Part shown: one piece after another, positions 33,355 through 45,046 of the stretch
Layout: each line of letters begins with the position of its first letter
Numbering within the stretch: position 1 is the stretch's first letter
NCBI GenBank assembly: GCA_963805855.1
Contig: CAWDVW010000002.1
Location: 128,001-192,000 of the forward strand
From: Candidatus Dadabacteria bacterium
Lineage (GTDB): Bacteria; Desulfobacterota_D; UBA1144; Nemesobacterales; CSP1-2
Direction of reading: 5' to 3'
Length of the DNA stretch: 64,000 nt
Made by a program: the position numbers and the translations under genes
The notes under the pieces: model-generated
Databases searched by the model: none
What the model was told of the DNA's origin: nothing
What the model saw: the letters and a program-made list of their open reading frames with translations, nothing else

Positions 33355-33432
33355 GTGATATTAGATACCAACAGACTGCTAATGTGAGATAAGACCCCGT
33401 GCCACTGCTTTTCCCATTTCTCTGGTCGGATA

Positions 33433-33657
33433 CTACTCTTCAATATCAAGAAGCTTATCGGCTTCGTCTATGATTTCTACCAGCCTTTCTCTAAAAAGCT
33501 TTATTCCACCAAGTGGTATCACTATGCACGACCTGCCGCCACTCAGCTCCGTTATCCTTAAATACTTTCCTTTATGGTTTTCCTTGACGTCAAAGAAAAA
33601 CCTTTTAGATTCGATATCAACATGCTTGCTGACGTGTTCCTTCTCCATTTTTTCCAT
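33433..33657 (-). CDS. PUR-domain (Pur-alpha-like) ssDNA/RNA-binding protein
   Basis: SKHVDIESKRFFFDVKEN.KGKYLRITE...GRS.IVIP matches the PUR repeat pattern. GGAGG RBS upstream. Confidence 0.8.
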   Translation of the reverse strand: MEKMEKEHVSKHVDIESKRFFFDVKENHKGKYLRITELSGGRSCIVIPLGGIKLFRERLVEIIDEADKLLDIEE

Positions 33658-33818
33658 CTCGTAAACTACCTCCGCCTCTTTCCTTATCCTTAGGAATTTT
33701 TATTTTGTGTAGGAATAATAACTCAACATTCTGGAAAATCAAGCAAGAATATTTAATCGCGAATTCCTGAAATAGTGTATAATAATGTTTTCAAAATTGT
33801 CAATGGAGCACTCAACAA

Positions 33819-34874
33819 ATGTCAGGAAAAATAAATTTTGGAGTAGCAAGCCCCCTGCCCGGACAATCGGTCGAAAATCTTATCCGAATAACGAATAAAA
33901 CCGAAAGTTTGGGTTTTGACACGGTTTGGTTCCCCGACCATGTGGTCTTCATGGCAAAGACATTAACCCCAGAAGTATGGTCTGTCATCACAGCCGCGAG
34001 TATGAAAACAAAAAAAATAATTATGGGTTCGATCGGTGACGCCCACAGGATCCATCCGGCCATATATGCGCATCGCCTTGCTACGGTTGATCACATTTCA
34101 CGAGGGAGAATATTTGTCTGTGTAGGATATGGAGAAAAGATGAATCTCGATCCGTATGGTATTAAATGGAACAAACCCCTAACTCGTGTAAGGGAATCAA
34201 TAGAGATTATGCGTTCACTATGGAAGGGTGATCAAGTGAATTTTGATGGTGAAATTTACAAACTATCCAAAGCCGAATTACGTATTAGGCCATTTAACGA
34301 TAGGTCAATTCCAATATACGTCGCTGCTACTGCACCGAAGGCTCTTAAATTAGCGGGTGAATGTGGTGACGGGTGGGTTACAAATGCGATGCCCCCTAAG
34401 CTTTTTTCAGACAAGCTAAGTAAGGTAAAGGAGGGGATGAAATTAAGGGATAAAGCTATTGCGCCGCTTGACAAGTGCATATATATATTCCTGTCAATTG
34501 CCGATGATAAGGACAAAGCCTATGAAACGCTAGAACCTGTAAAGCATGCCCTTATCTGGCCTGAGTTGCTCAAGGAGGCGGGATACGATATAGACATATC
34601 GGAGGAATATGGAGATCTACAGTACACAAAAATAATGCCAAATGATACGGATATGATCAAAAGATTCAGGGAAATGGGAGCAAAATACTACTCGAGGGAT
34701 ATAGTGGAGGATTTCGTTATATCAGGCTCGAAGGCAGATGTGATCAAGAAAATTGAGAGGTATATAGTAGCCGGTGTGACACATTTTATTTTTAGAGACT
34801 TTAGTCCGGACCGACAGGCTTCGCTCAGAGCATTGTCAACAGACATTCTCCCCTATTTTAGACACAAGGGCTAA
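33819..34874 (+). CDS. Luciferase-like (LLM class) flavin-dependent oxidoreductase
   Basis: GFDTVWFPDH, HPAIYA..LATVDHISRGR, PIYVAA and LAGE.GDGW motifs. Confidence 0.85.
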   Translation: MSGKINFGVASPLPGQSVENLIRITNKTESLGFDTVWFPDHVVFMAKTLTPEVWSVITAASMKTKKIIMGSIGDAHRIHPAIYAHRLATVDHISRGRIFVCVGYGEKMNLDPYGIKWNKPLTRVRESIEIMRSLWKGDQVNFDGEIYKLSKAELRIRPFNDRSIPIYVAATAPKALKLAGECGDGWVTNAMPPKLFSDKLSKVKEGMKLRDKAIAPLDKCIYIFLSIADDKDKAYETLEPVKHALIWPELLKEAGYDIDISEEYGDLQYTKIMPNDTDMIKRFREMGAKYYSRDIVEDFVISGSKADVIKKIERYIVAGVTHFIFRDFSPDRQASLRALSTDILPYFRHKG

Positions 34875-34938
34875 GGTATTAGTCAGGCTTTAAAAACCAT
34901 TATTAAATAAAATCAAACAGAACTAATTATAAGCGGAC

Positions 34939-35490
34939 CTAGTGCTTAATATTAGAAATTTGAGTTGCGAAAATCGATAACGGATCGCCTGCTTTTTCTG
35001 CCTTAAAGTACACCCTCCGCATGTAGTCGAGGGCACCAGAGTAATATTCGAAATTCTTCGAGAGTTTGCTGAACACGATCGGATTCCCTCGCCCCCTCTC
35101 AAGGTCGAATCTTGAGACAAACCGGTAGGATTTAGCGCCCTCATCCATGTAATAGTTAAGATAGGAGCCACTACGGACATAATCTCTGAAGATGCCCGAT
35201 ATAAAAAGGGTAAAATCTCCGATGTGTTTTCTGATTTCCCTCTCCCATTCGGGTCTTTCCTGTGATTCAGCTTGATCTTTAATTAACATCTCCACTACAG
35301 TCTGAATTTGTCTTCCCTCAGAATCCCTGATCTTATATAGCCTTTCTGGCCTTGCAAAGTCCGAGAGTAAATCAGTTAAATATGTAGCGATGTTCGCTTC
35401 ATTCTCAATTCCGAGATCGAAGAAACTTATTCTCACAAGCTTGCCGAAAAAAGCCTTTAGGGATGAGAGGCTCATTCCTTCCTTTTTCAT
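34939..35490 (-). CDS. Conserved-looking hypothetical helical protein
   Basis: 183-aa ORF with GGAGG RBS and motif RKHIGDFTLFISGIF...YY..EG.KSY. Confidence 0.7.
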   Translation of the reverse strand: MKKEGMSLSSLKAFFGKLVRISFFDLGIENEANIATYLTDLLSDFARPERLYKIRDSEGRQIQTVVEMLIKDQAESQERPEWEREIRKHIGDFTLFISGIFRDYVRSGSYLNYYMDEGAKSYRFVSRFDLERGRGNPIVFSKLSKNFEYYSGALDYMRRVYFKAEKAGDPLSIFATQISNIKH

Positions 35491-35643
35491 AATTTACCCT
35501 CCTTATAAATATTAATAATTTTAGTATCAAATTTAAAATAAAAAAACCCCCCGTTTTCAAGATTAAAAAAATAATGATTCACCACAGTTTTAAATCAGGA
35601 TAAATCGTGTATGATTTTCCGCCATTAAAAAAAAGGTAAAAAT

Positions 35644-36063
35644 ATGTCAAGGGTTCAATTGGATTTACCAAAGAGGTTTGTTTTCTCCACAAACATACCG
35701 TTGCGTGTAGGCGATATAAACTACGGTGGGCATCTTGGTCATGACTCCGTCCTAAGTTTGACTCATGAAGCAAGGGTAAGATTTTTGGCCAAACACGGAT
35801 TTACGGAAATGAATGTTTTTGGAGCCGGTCTCATTATTTCCGATGCCATCATCGTATATAAGTCAGAGGCATTCTGGGGCGAAGTAGTAAAAGTTCAAAT
35901 AGCAATTAGCGAATTCAATAAATATGGATTCGATCTGGTCTATAAGATCACGCAGAAGAAGACAAAAAGTGAGATCGCCAGAGTCAAAACCGGAATGGTG
36001 TTCTTCGATTATAAGAAAAGAAAGGTAGCCCGCGTACCAACTAGATTTAAAAAACTTTTCTAG
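35644..36063 (+). CDS. Hotdog-fold thioesterase
   Basis: RVGDINYGGHLG, HEARVRF and TGMVFFDY motifs. Confidence 0.85.
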   Translation: MSRVQLDLPKRFVFSTNIPLRVGDINYGGHLGHDSVLSLTHEARVRFLAKHGFTEMNVFGAGLIISDAIIVYKSEAFWGEVVKVQIAISEFNKYGFDLVYKITQKKTKSEIARVKTGMVFFDYKKRKVARVPTRFKKLF

Positions 36064-36203
36064 AGCAAATTTATTGTAGCCAAAAACATGTAATAACCTT
36101 TGGAATAGGGTCACTTCAACTCTTCTATATTAAGTTGTCTGTTTATTGGTTTAAATGGGACCCATTTTTAAATATAGCGACATTCGTTCATTGGCAGATC
36201 AAT

Positions 36204-36256
36204 TGTAGGCACGAACTTGTTCGTGCTAATATCGCACAGACAAGTCTGTGCCTACA
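36204..36256. repeat. GTAG-type REP-like inverted doublet
   Basis: tGTAGgcacgaacttgttcgtgc-taatatc-gcacagacaagtctgtgcCTACa: two hairpins inside a GTAG/CTAC inverted pair. Confidence 0.7.
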
Positions 36257-36281
36257 CATGCTATCTTCCCCAAATTATTAA

Positions 36282-36374
36282 CTAAATATCCAAGTTTGTA
36301 ACGTTCAGGGCATTCTTCTCGATGAATTCCTGTCTGAGCTCAACTTGATCAGCCATTAGAACAGTAAATATCTC
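36282..36374 (-). repeat. Diverged orphan copy of the last 30 codons + stop of gyrB (direct repeat of 37910-38002)
   Basis: Encodes [30 protein letters not shown], versus Gyr[31 protein letters not shown]. 76/93 nt identical by manual count. Confidence 0.92.
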
Positions 36375-36409
36375 ATTAATTTCAACTACATCGTTGATTT
36401 GGATCTATG

Positions 36410-36706
36410 CTATGTTCGGCTCTTCCAAGTTTTTGGATCTCTACTGCCGTGCAATACTCCAATAACAACAATCCTATCTGGCTCATCGATATAGAAAACA
36501 CCAAAAGGGAACCGTCTCAGCAATGATCTTCTGATATTTTTGTGCACTATGGGATATAACAAAGAATTTTCCGAAATACTTGCGAAGCCACGAATAACTT
36601 CATCCAAGAATTCATAACCTAGTCCGCCATGCTGCCGATTGTACCATTGAGCAGCATCCTCAAGGTCGAGTTGAGCTTCCGGTCTTAAAAAAACCGGCTT
36701 TGTCAT
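36410..36706 (-). CDS. RelE/ParE family type II toxin
   Basis: EAQLDLEDAAQWY...GLG.EF, IRRSLLRRFPFGVFY and VIGVLHGSRDP motifs. Confidence 0.9.
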   Translation of the reverse strand: MTKPVFLRPEAQLDLEDAAQWYNRQHGGLGYEFLDEVIRGFASISENSLLYPIVHKNIRRSLLRRFPFGVFYIDEPDRIVVIGVLHGSRDPKTWKSRT

Positions 36707-36906
36707 AATCGGTTTCGAATCTCTGCAATGACTTCCAACGCAGGTTTACCGGGATCACCAGTGACTTGGTAAGCTTTCATCCGCTCATCAAGTTCTTTCC
36801 TTTGCTCTTGTGTCAAAGGAACAACTACCTGTTCATCAGCAATACTATCCCAAATGTCTTCCACAAGCTTAATACGGTCTGATAAGCTTAGGTCCTGAAT
36901 TTTCAT
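36703..36906 (-). CDS. Addiction-module antitoxin (TIGR02574-like)
   Basis: LS.SDRIKLVEDIWDSI...LT.EQRKELDER. Its stop overlaps the toxin start (ATGA). Confidence 0.88.
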   Translation of the reverse strand: MKIQDLSLSDRIKLVEDIWDSIADEQVVVPLTQEQRKELDERMKAYQVTGDPGKPALEVIAEIRNRL

Positions 36907-37116
36907 ATACGTACCCTTCCAATTATCAAGATATTAAAACATTAATAATAGTATTTCAATTATTAATCCTGATTGTAAGAAAAGTGAAAGCCTGATCCAT
37001 CGACCGCTGAGCGCTCAGCCTCTGCACAGAACCCAACGGGCAACGCAAAAAGTGGATGTATAATTTATTATAACTACCTCAATCCACCTAAGAAGAGGAG
37101 GAAAGATAAAAATTAT

Positions 37117-37247
37117 CCCTTCCCCCTTTGATGAAGGGGGAAGGCGAGGATGGGGGTCATAGAGAAGGACTAGTAACATAGCAACGAATTGGGTTGTGGA
37201 GAGGTTTAGCCCCCACCTTAATCCTCCCCCAACACGTTGGGGGAGGA
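37117..37247. repeat. Inverted pair of CCTYCCCC...GGGGGARG..GGRTGGGGG palindromic elements
   Basis: 37117-37157 and 37210-37247 are hairpins of the same pattern in opposite orientation. Confidence 0.6.
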
Positions 37248-37395
37248 GGTATTAAAATCACCAAATTGTCAAACCTTCAAATGACCAATCACGTGCATCG
37301 AGGTATGGCGCGAGCGCGGAAGGACAATGGCTATGCCCTTAGTCTAACGATCAAGCTTACCGCAATAGCCGTATTCCCCAGCGTTTATTGATAGG

Positions 37396-37749
37396 CTATG
37401 CTGTAGCAGCCTTGGGATTGGGACCGTATTGGTTCGTGTCTGGCTGGCTGTCCTGCACCATAAAGACGATGAGAACAATAGTGCCGATGACCGGTACCAG
37501 GCTAATTAACAGCCACCAACCACTACGATTAGTGTCGTGGAGCCTCCGAATTCCCACGGCAATCCCGGGAATCAGTACGGCTAAGCCGTAGATACCGCTA
37601 AGCACGCCCGATATGCCAAGAAGCCGGTCGATCAGACCGAGGGCAATTGTGATAATGACGTTGAAGAGAACAAACATCCAGTATTCCGTCCGATGTGCTC
37701 GCCCGTCGAATACTGTGTATTTTTTCAATACCTCGATGTACCAATTCAT
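37396..37749 (-). CDS. DUF805 inner-membrane protein (YhaH-like)
   Basis: F.GRA.R.EYW, AVGIRRLHDT.RSGWW and NQYGPNP motifs. AAGGAGG RBS before MNWY. Confidence 0.92.
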   Translation of the reverse strand: MNWYIEVLKKYTVFDGRAHRTEYWMFVLFNVIITIALGLIDRLLGISGVLSGIYGLAVLIPGIAVGIRRLHDTNRSGWWLLISLVPVIGTIVLIVFMVQDSQPDTNQYGPNPKAATA

Positions 37750-37909
37750 ATTTCCTCCTTTATTGTGTTTCCCTGAAAACAATTACAGACGCTTTTCCTC
37801 TATCCCTTGTTATAAAGAAATGTCAAAATTGGATGAATAACCCTTCAACAGGCTGCAGGTATCAGCGAGACAACTCTCTGCCTACTTATGCAATATTCTT
37901 ACTTATTTA

Positions 37910-40375
<2,466 letters not shown>

Positions 40376-40543
40376 TCAGGCTAACTCCGTAAGTAGGACA
40401 AAGCGTTTTTTAAGTATACCATGAAGGGTTATAAAAGTACATAAAATAAGGGAGTTTGATTATAAAAATAGAAGTGAATTCTATTTCGAATAATTAATAT
40501 CCAAAACAAGAGTCGTTGAAAAAAAGGTTGCAATTAAACGGCT

Positions 40544-41098
40544 CTATAGTTTTGGTGGGGTTATGCCTATTTGCTTCTGGTATTTACCCTTTTTATCTGC
40601 ATATGAAACCTCGCATATTTCATCGGCCTCAAAGAACAGAACCTGAGCTATTCCTTCATTTGCATAGATCTTTGCCGGAAGGGGAGTCGTGTTTGATATC
40701 TCCAATGTCACGAATCCCTCCCATTCAGGCTCAAATGGAGTAACATTCACAATAATTCCGCAACGTGCATACGTGGACTTACCCAAACAAATAGTTATCG
40801 TGCTTCTTGGTATTCTGAAATATTCGACTGTCCGCGCCAATGCAAAAGAATTTGGGGGGATCATACACGCATCTGATTTTATTGATACGAATGACTTTTC
40901 ATCAAAACCCTTTGGATCAACAACCGAGTTGTAAACATTTGTAAAAACCTTGAATTCATCGCTAACCCTGATGTCATAACCGTAGGCTGAGAGTCCGTAA
41001 GATATGACGCCTTTTGACATCTGTGCCTCGACAAATGGCTCAATCATCTTATGCTCTACTGCCATTTTTCTGATCCAGTGATCCGGCTTGACTCCCAT
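40544..41098 (-). CDS. dcd: dCTP deaminase
   Basis: [28 protein letters not shown] and YANEG motifs. Confidence 0.95.
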   Translation of the reverse strand: MGVKPDHWIRKMAVEHKMIEPFVEAQMSKGVISYGLSAYGYDIRVSDEFKVFTNVYNSVVDPKGFDEKSFVSIKSDACMIPPNSFALARTVEYFRIPRSTITICLGKSTYARCGIIVNVTPFEPEWEGFVTLEISNTTPLPAKIYANEGIAQVLFFEADEICEVSYADKKGKYQKQIGITPPKL

Positions 41099-41303
41099 AT
41101 GAGACTCCTTTTACAGGGATAAAATCAAATTATGGGGATACTACCATAGTAAATTACGTTACTCAATTTAGCGGTAAAAAGGGGTTGGACAACCCCGACG
41201 ACTGTGATTGGTTGTGATATTTTATAAATTCGGCACTCGGGACTTTTAAGCCCCCAATTAAAGCGCCAAACAAGCTCGATCACAATATCAAAGAGGTGGT
41301 TAA

Positions 41304-41855
41304 TCATCCAGATTTGATTCTCTTGTCACATTCTTTCGCAAGAAATTCTCTGACAACCTTCCTTTTATCCAGTTTCTTATTCACGTGCGGACGCCTTTCC
41401 AAAAGAAAATTCATTGCTTCATTTGGCTTAATTTTTTTTGCCTTAATCAACCAGCACAATACTATCGTTGCGCTCCTACCACGTCCAGCCTTACAGTGAA
41501 CATATACTAGATCACCCCTCGAAACACACTTTTCAATAAAACAAACCCCTTGACGAACCGTTGATAAACTAGGAGAAGTATAATCAATCGTTGGTAGTCT
41601 AACCTGTTCTATGCCCGTTGCTGCATATGCCTCTTGGGGACCCGAATACTCCTCGCAAACGTTCAGCACCGCCCTGACCCCCATCTTCTTGAGCCTGGGT
41701 ACGTCGTCCTTACATGGAAGCGCACCAAGAATTACATATTCGTCAATCCGGTCATACCAATTTCTGAGCCCAAAAACCTTACACAGAAGTATATTTAAGA
41801 TAAGCGTTGGATAGAAAAAGAATCTTGCATAGACCCAAGAGATAACTCTTAACAT
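41304..41855 (-). CDS. Dual-specificity phosphatase, PTPMT1-like (candidate phosphatidylglycerophosphatase)
   Basis: YVHCKAGRGRSAT catalytic loop; N-terminal AR..FYPTL...WY.RIDE.VILGALP. Confidence 0.85.
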   Translation of the reverse strand: MLRVISWVYARFFFYPTLILNILLCKVFGLRNWYDRIDEYVILGALPCKDDVPRLKKMGVRAVLNVCEEYSGPQEAYAATGIEQVRLPTIDYTSPSLSTVRQGVCFIEKCVSRGDLVYVHCKAGRGRSATIVLCWLIKAKKIKPNEAMNFLLERRPHVNKKLDKRKVVREFLAKECDKRIKSG

Positions 41856-41916
41856 GCTACATCATGACTTAAGTTAAATTCTAAAAGCGAAGATTCTTAC
41901 GCATGCTTCGTGAATT

Positions 41917-42234
41917 CTAATCGTATTTACCGACCCCGCACTTCCAGCATTCCATAAATTGGCCCTCTATCTCCTCGCCACAACTTCGACATTTCCAAAG
42001 GCCATCTTTCTCCTGTTCATTCCCTTTTAAGGCCGATTTAATAATCTCCGAAGCGATCTCATGTTGGTGGTCTTCAAGAACCCAAAGCTCCACCCAGCAC
42101 TCAACTGGAGGAAGTCCCCCGATGGTTCCCAAGAGATGATCCCGAAGAATTTCACATGAAATCCCCTCATTTTCAAGGATATTACGTAAGTGTCCGAGGA
42201 ACATCGTGTCGCTTGAGCTATAGACCTTTTTCAT
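41917..42234 (-). CDS. DUF2007-like protein with C-terminal zinc ribbon
   Basis: LRNILENEGI, G.LPP.ECW.ELWV and WKC..CGEEIEGQF.ECWKC motifs. Confidence 0.8.
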   Translation of the reverse strand: MKKVYSSSDTMFLGHLRNILENEGISCEILRDHLLGTIGGLPPVECWVELWVLEDHQHEIASEIIKSALKGNEQEKDGLWKCRSCGEEIEGQFMECWKCGVGKYD

Positions 42235-42420
42235 TTCGGTATTTTGCTCTAAAAAATCTCTAATTTAATCGATATGACATTGAATAGAATGAACCCTTGC
42301 TCTTTAACCAGTGATCCCTTTCTTCACATATTAAAAATTACTCTTCTTTTTTAATCTGTCGCGCTAATTATATAGGAGAAAGTTATCAAGCTAGAATACT
42401 GTTGATAAGAAAGCACAATA

Positions 42421-43440
42421 TTAAGTAAATTGCCTGAGAAACCTGATGTCATTCTCAAAAAATAACCTTATATCGTTTATTCCAAACTTTAGCATAGCTA
42501 TCCTTTCTACTCCAAGGCCAAATGCAAAACCGCTATATTTACTCTGATCATAATTTACACTCTTAAAAACCTCAGGATCAACCATGCCACATCCTAATAT
42601 CTCAAGCCAACCAGTATCCTTACACACCCTGCATCCCTTTCCCCCACAAATTACACATTCTATATCCAACTCAGCACTAGGTTCGGTAAAAGGGAAAAAG
42701 CTTGGTCTAAACCTGACGCTTAGATCTTCACCGAACATAAGTCTTGCAAATTCGGTTAGAACTCCCTTTAAATCTCCAAACGTAACCTTTTCATCGACTA
42801 GAAGACCCTCGACCTGATGAAACATCGGTGTATGAGATATATCACTATCACATCTGTAAACCTTTCCCGGGGCTATTATCTTCACAGGAGGTTTTTGCCT
42901 TTCCATCACCCTTATTTGTACCGGTGAGGTATGGGTGCGCAGAACTATACCTTCAGAGATGTAAAATGTATCCTGCATATCCCGTGCCGGGTGATCGCGG
43001 GGTATATTCAGTGCTTCAAAATTATAATAATCCAACTCCACCTCGGGACCCTCCTCAACCTGAAACCCCATTCGTTCGTAGATGCAAATGATTTCTTCCA
43101 TTACCTGGGTCACCGGGTGCTTTGCACCTATACGAACACCCCTACCTGGTAGAGTCACATCCAATCGCTCTTTAAGAAGTGCCTTATTCCATTTGTCTTC
43201 TTTTATTGATTTTAATTTTCTATCGAATAATTCCTCAAGATATAACTTGACCTCATTTAACAGCTTACCCATGTGCCGCCTGTCGGATGGAGGAACATCT
43301 CTCAGTCCCTTCAGAAGTTCTGTAATGATCCCTGACCTGCCAAGATATTTAGCCTTCAATGTCTGAAGAATTACCTCTTCACCTACCGCTTCAAGGTCTT
43401 TTTCGGCTCGTTGTTTTATTTCTTCTAATTTTTCTCTCAC
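42421..43440 (-). CDS. pheS: Phenylalanine-tRNA ligase alpha subunit
   Basis: [26 protein letters not shown] and [10 protein letters not shown] motifs. Confidence 0.98.
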   Translation of the reverse strand: MREKLEEIKQRAEKDLEAVGEEVILQTLKAKYLGRSGIITELLKGLRDVPPSDRRHMGKLLNEVKLYLEELFDRKLKSIKEDKWNKALLKERLDVTLPGRGVRIGAKHPVTQVMEEIICIYERMGFQVEEGPEVELDYYNFEALNIPRDHPARDMQDTFYISEGIVLRTHTSPVQIRVMERQKPPVKIIAPGKVYRCDSDISHTPMFHQVEGLLVDEKVTFGDLKGVLTEFARLMFGEDLSVRFRPSFFPFTEPSAELDIECVICGGKGCRVCKDTGWLEILGCGMVDPEVFKSVNYDQSKYSGFAFGLGVERIAMLKFGINDIRLFFENDIRFLRQFT

Positions 43441-43554
43441 GCTTTTTTAACGCCTAATAAAGTCTGTTTTCCGAAGCAAAGGGCCATAAGTTACTTCCAT
43501 AGTTTATTCTTTTATCTTTTCTACTGAATTCTGACTCCTGACTTCTTGATTCGT

Positions 43555-44064
43555 CTATTGCTTCCCAATCACCGAAAAAACCGCTATTGAAATCATCGTT
43601 ATTGCGATTATCCCTTTTGTAATCGTTCCACCCACTCTTCCGACGAATGCGCCCCAGCCTGATTTCACTGCTTGGTGGATATTTCTTATCCTAACATATT
43701 CTACAACGAAGGCACCCGCAAAAGCACCAATGAAAGCACCTATTATAGAACCCACGCCAAAAAGAAAAGCGGCACCCCAAACTGCACCCACAATTCCCCC
43801 TACTATTGATCCAACTATCGCCTTGGTGCTTGACTTGTGTTTTTTCGAGCCTATCACACCTAGAACAAATTCAAAAACCTCTCCTAAGACCGCTAGCACA
43901 ATCAAGACAATTACAATCTTAACAGTAATCTCCTTAAAGCCACCATACCAGCCGTATAGCACGGAATTGGCAAGTATAAGAAAGTTCCCCGGGAACCCAA
44001 ATAAAATTGATATCAGGCCTATAAACATTACAAACAAGAAAATCGAAAAAACCAGATATTCCAT
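43555..44064 (-). CDS. DUF456 family membrane protein
   Basis: Gly-rich TM helices; PG motif near the N-terminus, GAF.GAF..E. Confidence 0.8.
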   Translation of the reverse strand: MEYLVFSIFLFVMFIGLISILFGFPGNFLILANSVLYGWYGGFKEITVKIVIVLIVLAVLGEVFEFVLGVIGSKKHKSSTKAIVGSIVGGIVGAVWGAAFLFGVGSIIGAFIGAFAGAFVVEYVRIRNIHQAVKSGWGAFVGRVGGTITKGIIAITMISIAVFSVIGKQ

Positions 44065-44110
44065 GCGATTGGATTCACCCGCGAATCGATCGATTCTCAG
44101 AATACCGTTT

Positions 44111-45022
44111 TTACAATATCACTTTCTTATGTTTCCAATAGACCACAAAAGCGCTGGCAACGAATATGGAAGAGTACGTTCCAACCACTACTCCAACAAT
44201 CAATGCAAAAGCAAAATCATGAATTACGGAGCCACCAAAAAAGTACAGGGGAAGCAATACCAAAAAAACGGTAAATGAAGTAAGCAAGGTTCTTGAAAGG
44301 GTCTGATTGACTCCCTCATTTACAACCTGCGAAAACCCAACCTTTGCGGCTTTCCTTAAGTTTTCCCTAATCCTGTCAAAGATTATAATTGTATCGTTTA
44401 CAGAATATCCAATTACTGTAAGTAATGCAGCCACAATGGTAAGTGTAAACTCCTTATTTGTGATAGAAACTGCTCCCAACGTGATCACAGTATCGTGGAT
44501 TAGCGCGATAACAGCTCCCATCGCGAATGCGAACTCAAACCTAAAAATCAAATAAATAAGTATGCCGACACAACCCAATAAAATTGAGAATACAGCCTTC
44601 TCAATAAGCTCCTTCCCGACCTTAGGGCCTATGAAGTCTAGTCTCAATATCGAGGCTCCGTTGAAGATTGTGGGCTTTTTGGACATATCGACAAGCTTGG
44701 ATTGAAATTCCTGTATTCTTTGAAAATCAACGACTTCTGGAGAAAATCTAATCAAGTACTCATTATCGCCAGGTAGCCCTATACCCTGAACAGATTCAGC
44801 CGGATACCCAGCGTCTTCTAAGGCCGACTTTAGCTCCTTAGACTGAATTGTTTTGGGAAATTTAACTTGCAACTCTGTTCCACCAATAAATTCAACACCC
44901 CAATTCGGTCCCTTATGATACATGAGCGACAGGAGCGATATTACAATTAAACAGATAGAGACTATTAAAGCCTTCCTCATCTTTACAACAAAATCTACAT
45001 GTGTCTTAGATAGTATCTCCAA
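44111..45022 (-). CDS. secF: Protein translocase subunit SecF
   Basis: GVEF.GG, GYSVNDTIIIFDRIREN, QTLSRT and GTYSSIF motifs. Confidence 0.96.
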   Translation of the reverse strand: MEILSKTHVDFVVKMRKALIVSICLIVISLLSLMYHKGPNWGVEFIGGTELQVKFPKTIQSKELKSALEDAGYPAESVQGIGLPGDNEYLIRFSPEVVDFQRIQEFQSKLVDMSKKPTIFNGASILRLDFIGPKVGKELIEKAVFSILLGCVGILIYLIFRFEFAFAMGAVIALIHDTVITLGAVSITNKEFTLTIVAALLTVIGYSVNDTIIIFDRIRENLRKAAKVGFSQVVNEGVNQTLSRTLLTSFTVFLVLLPLYFFGGSVIHDFAFALIVGVVVGTYSSIFVASAFVVYWKHKKVIL

Positions 45023-45046
45023 ATTAAGTCGACCTCCGATGTGTAT

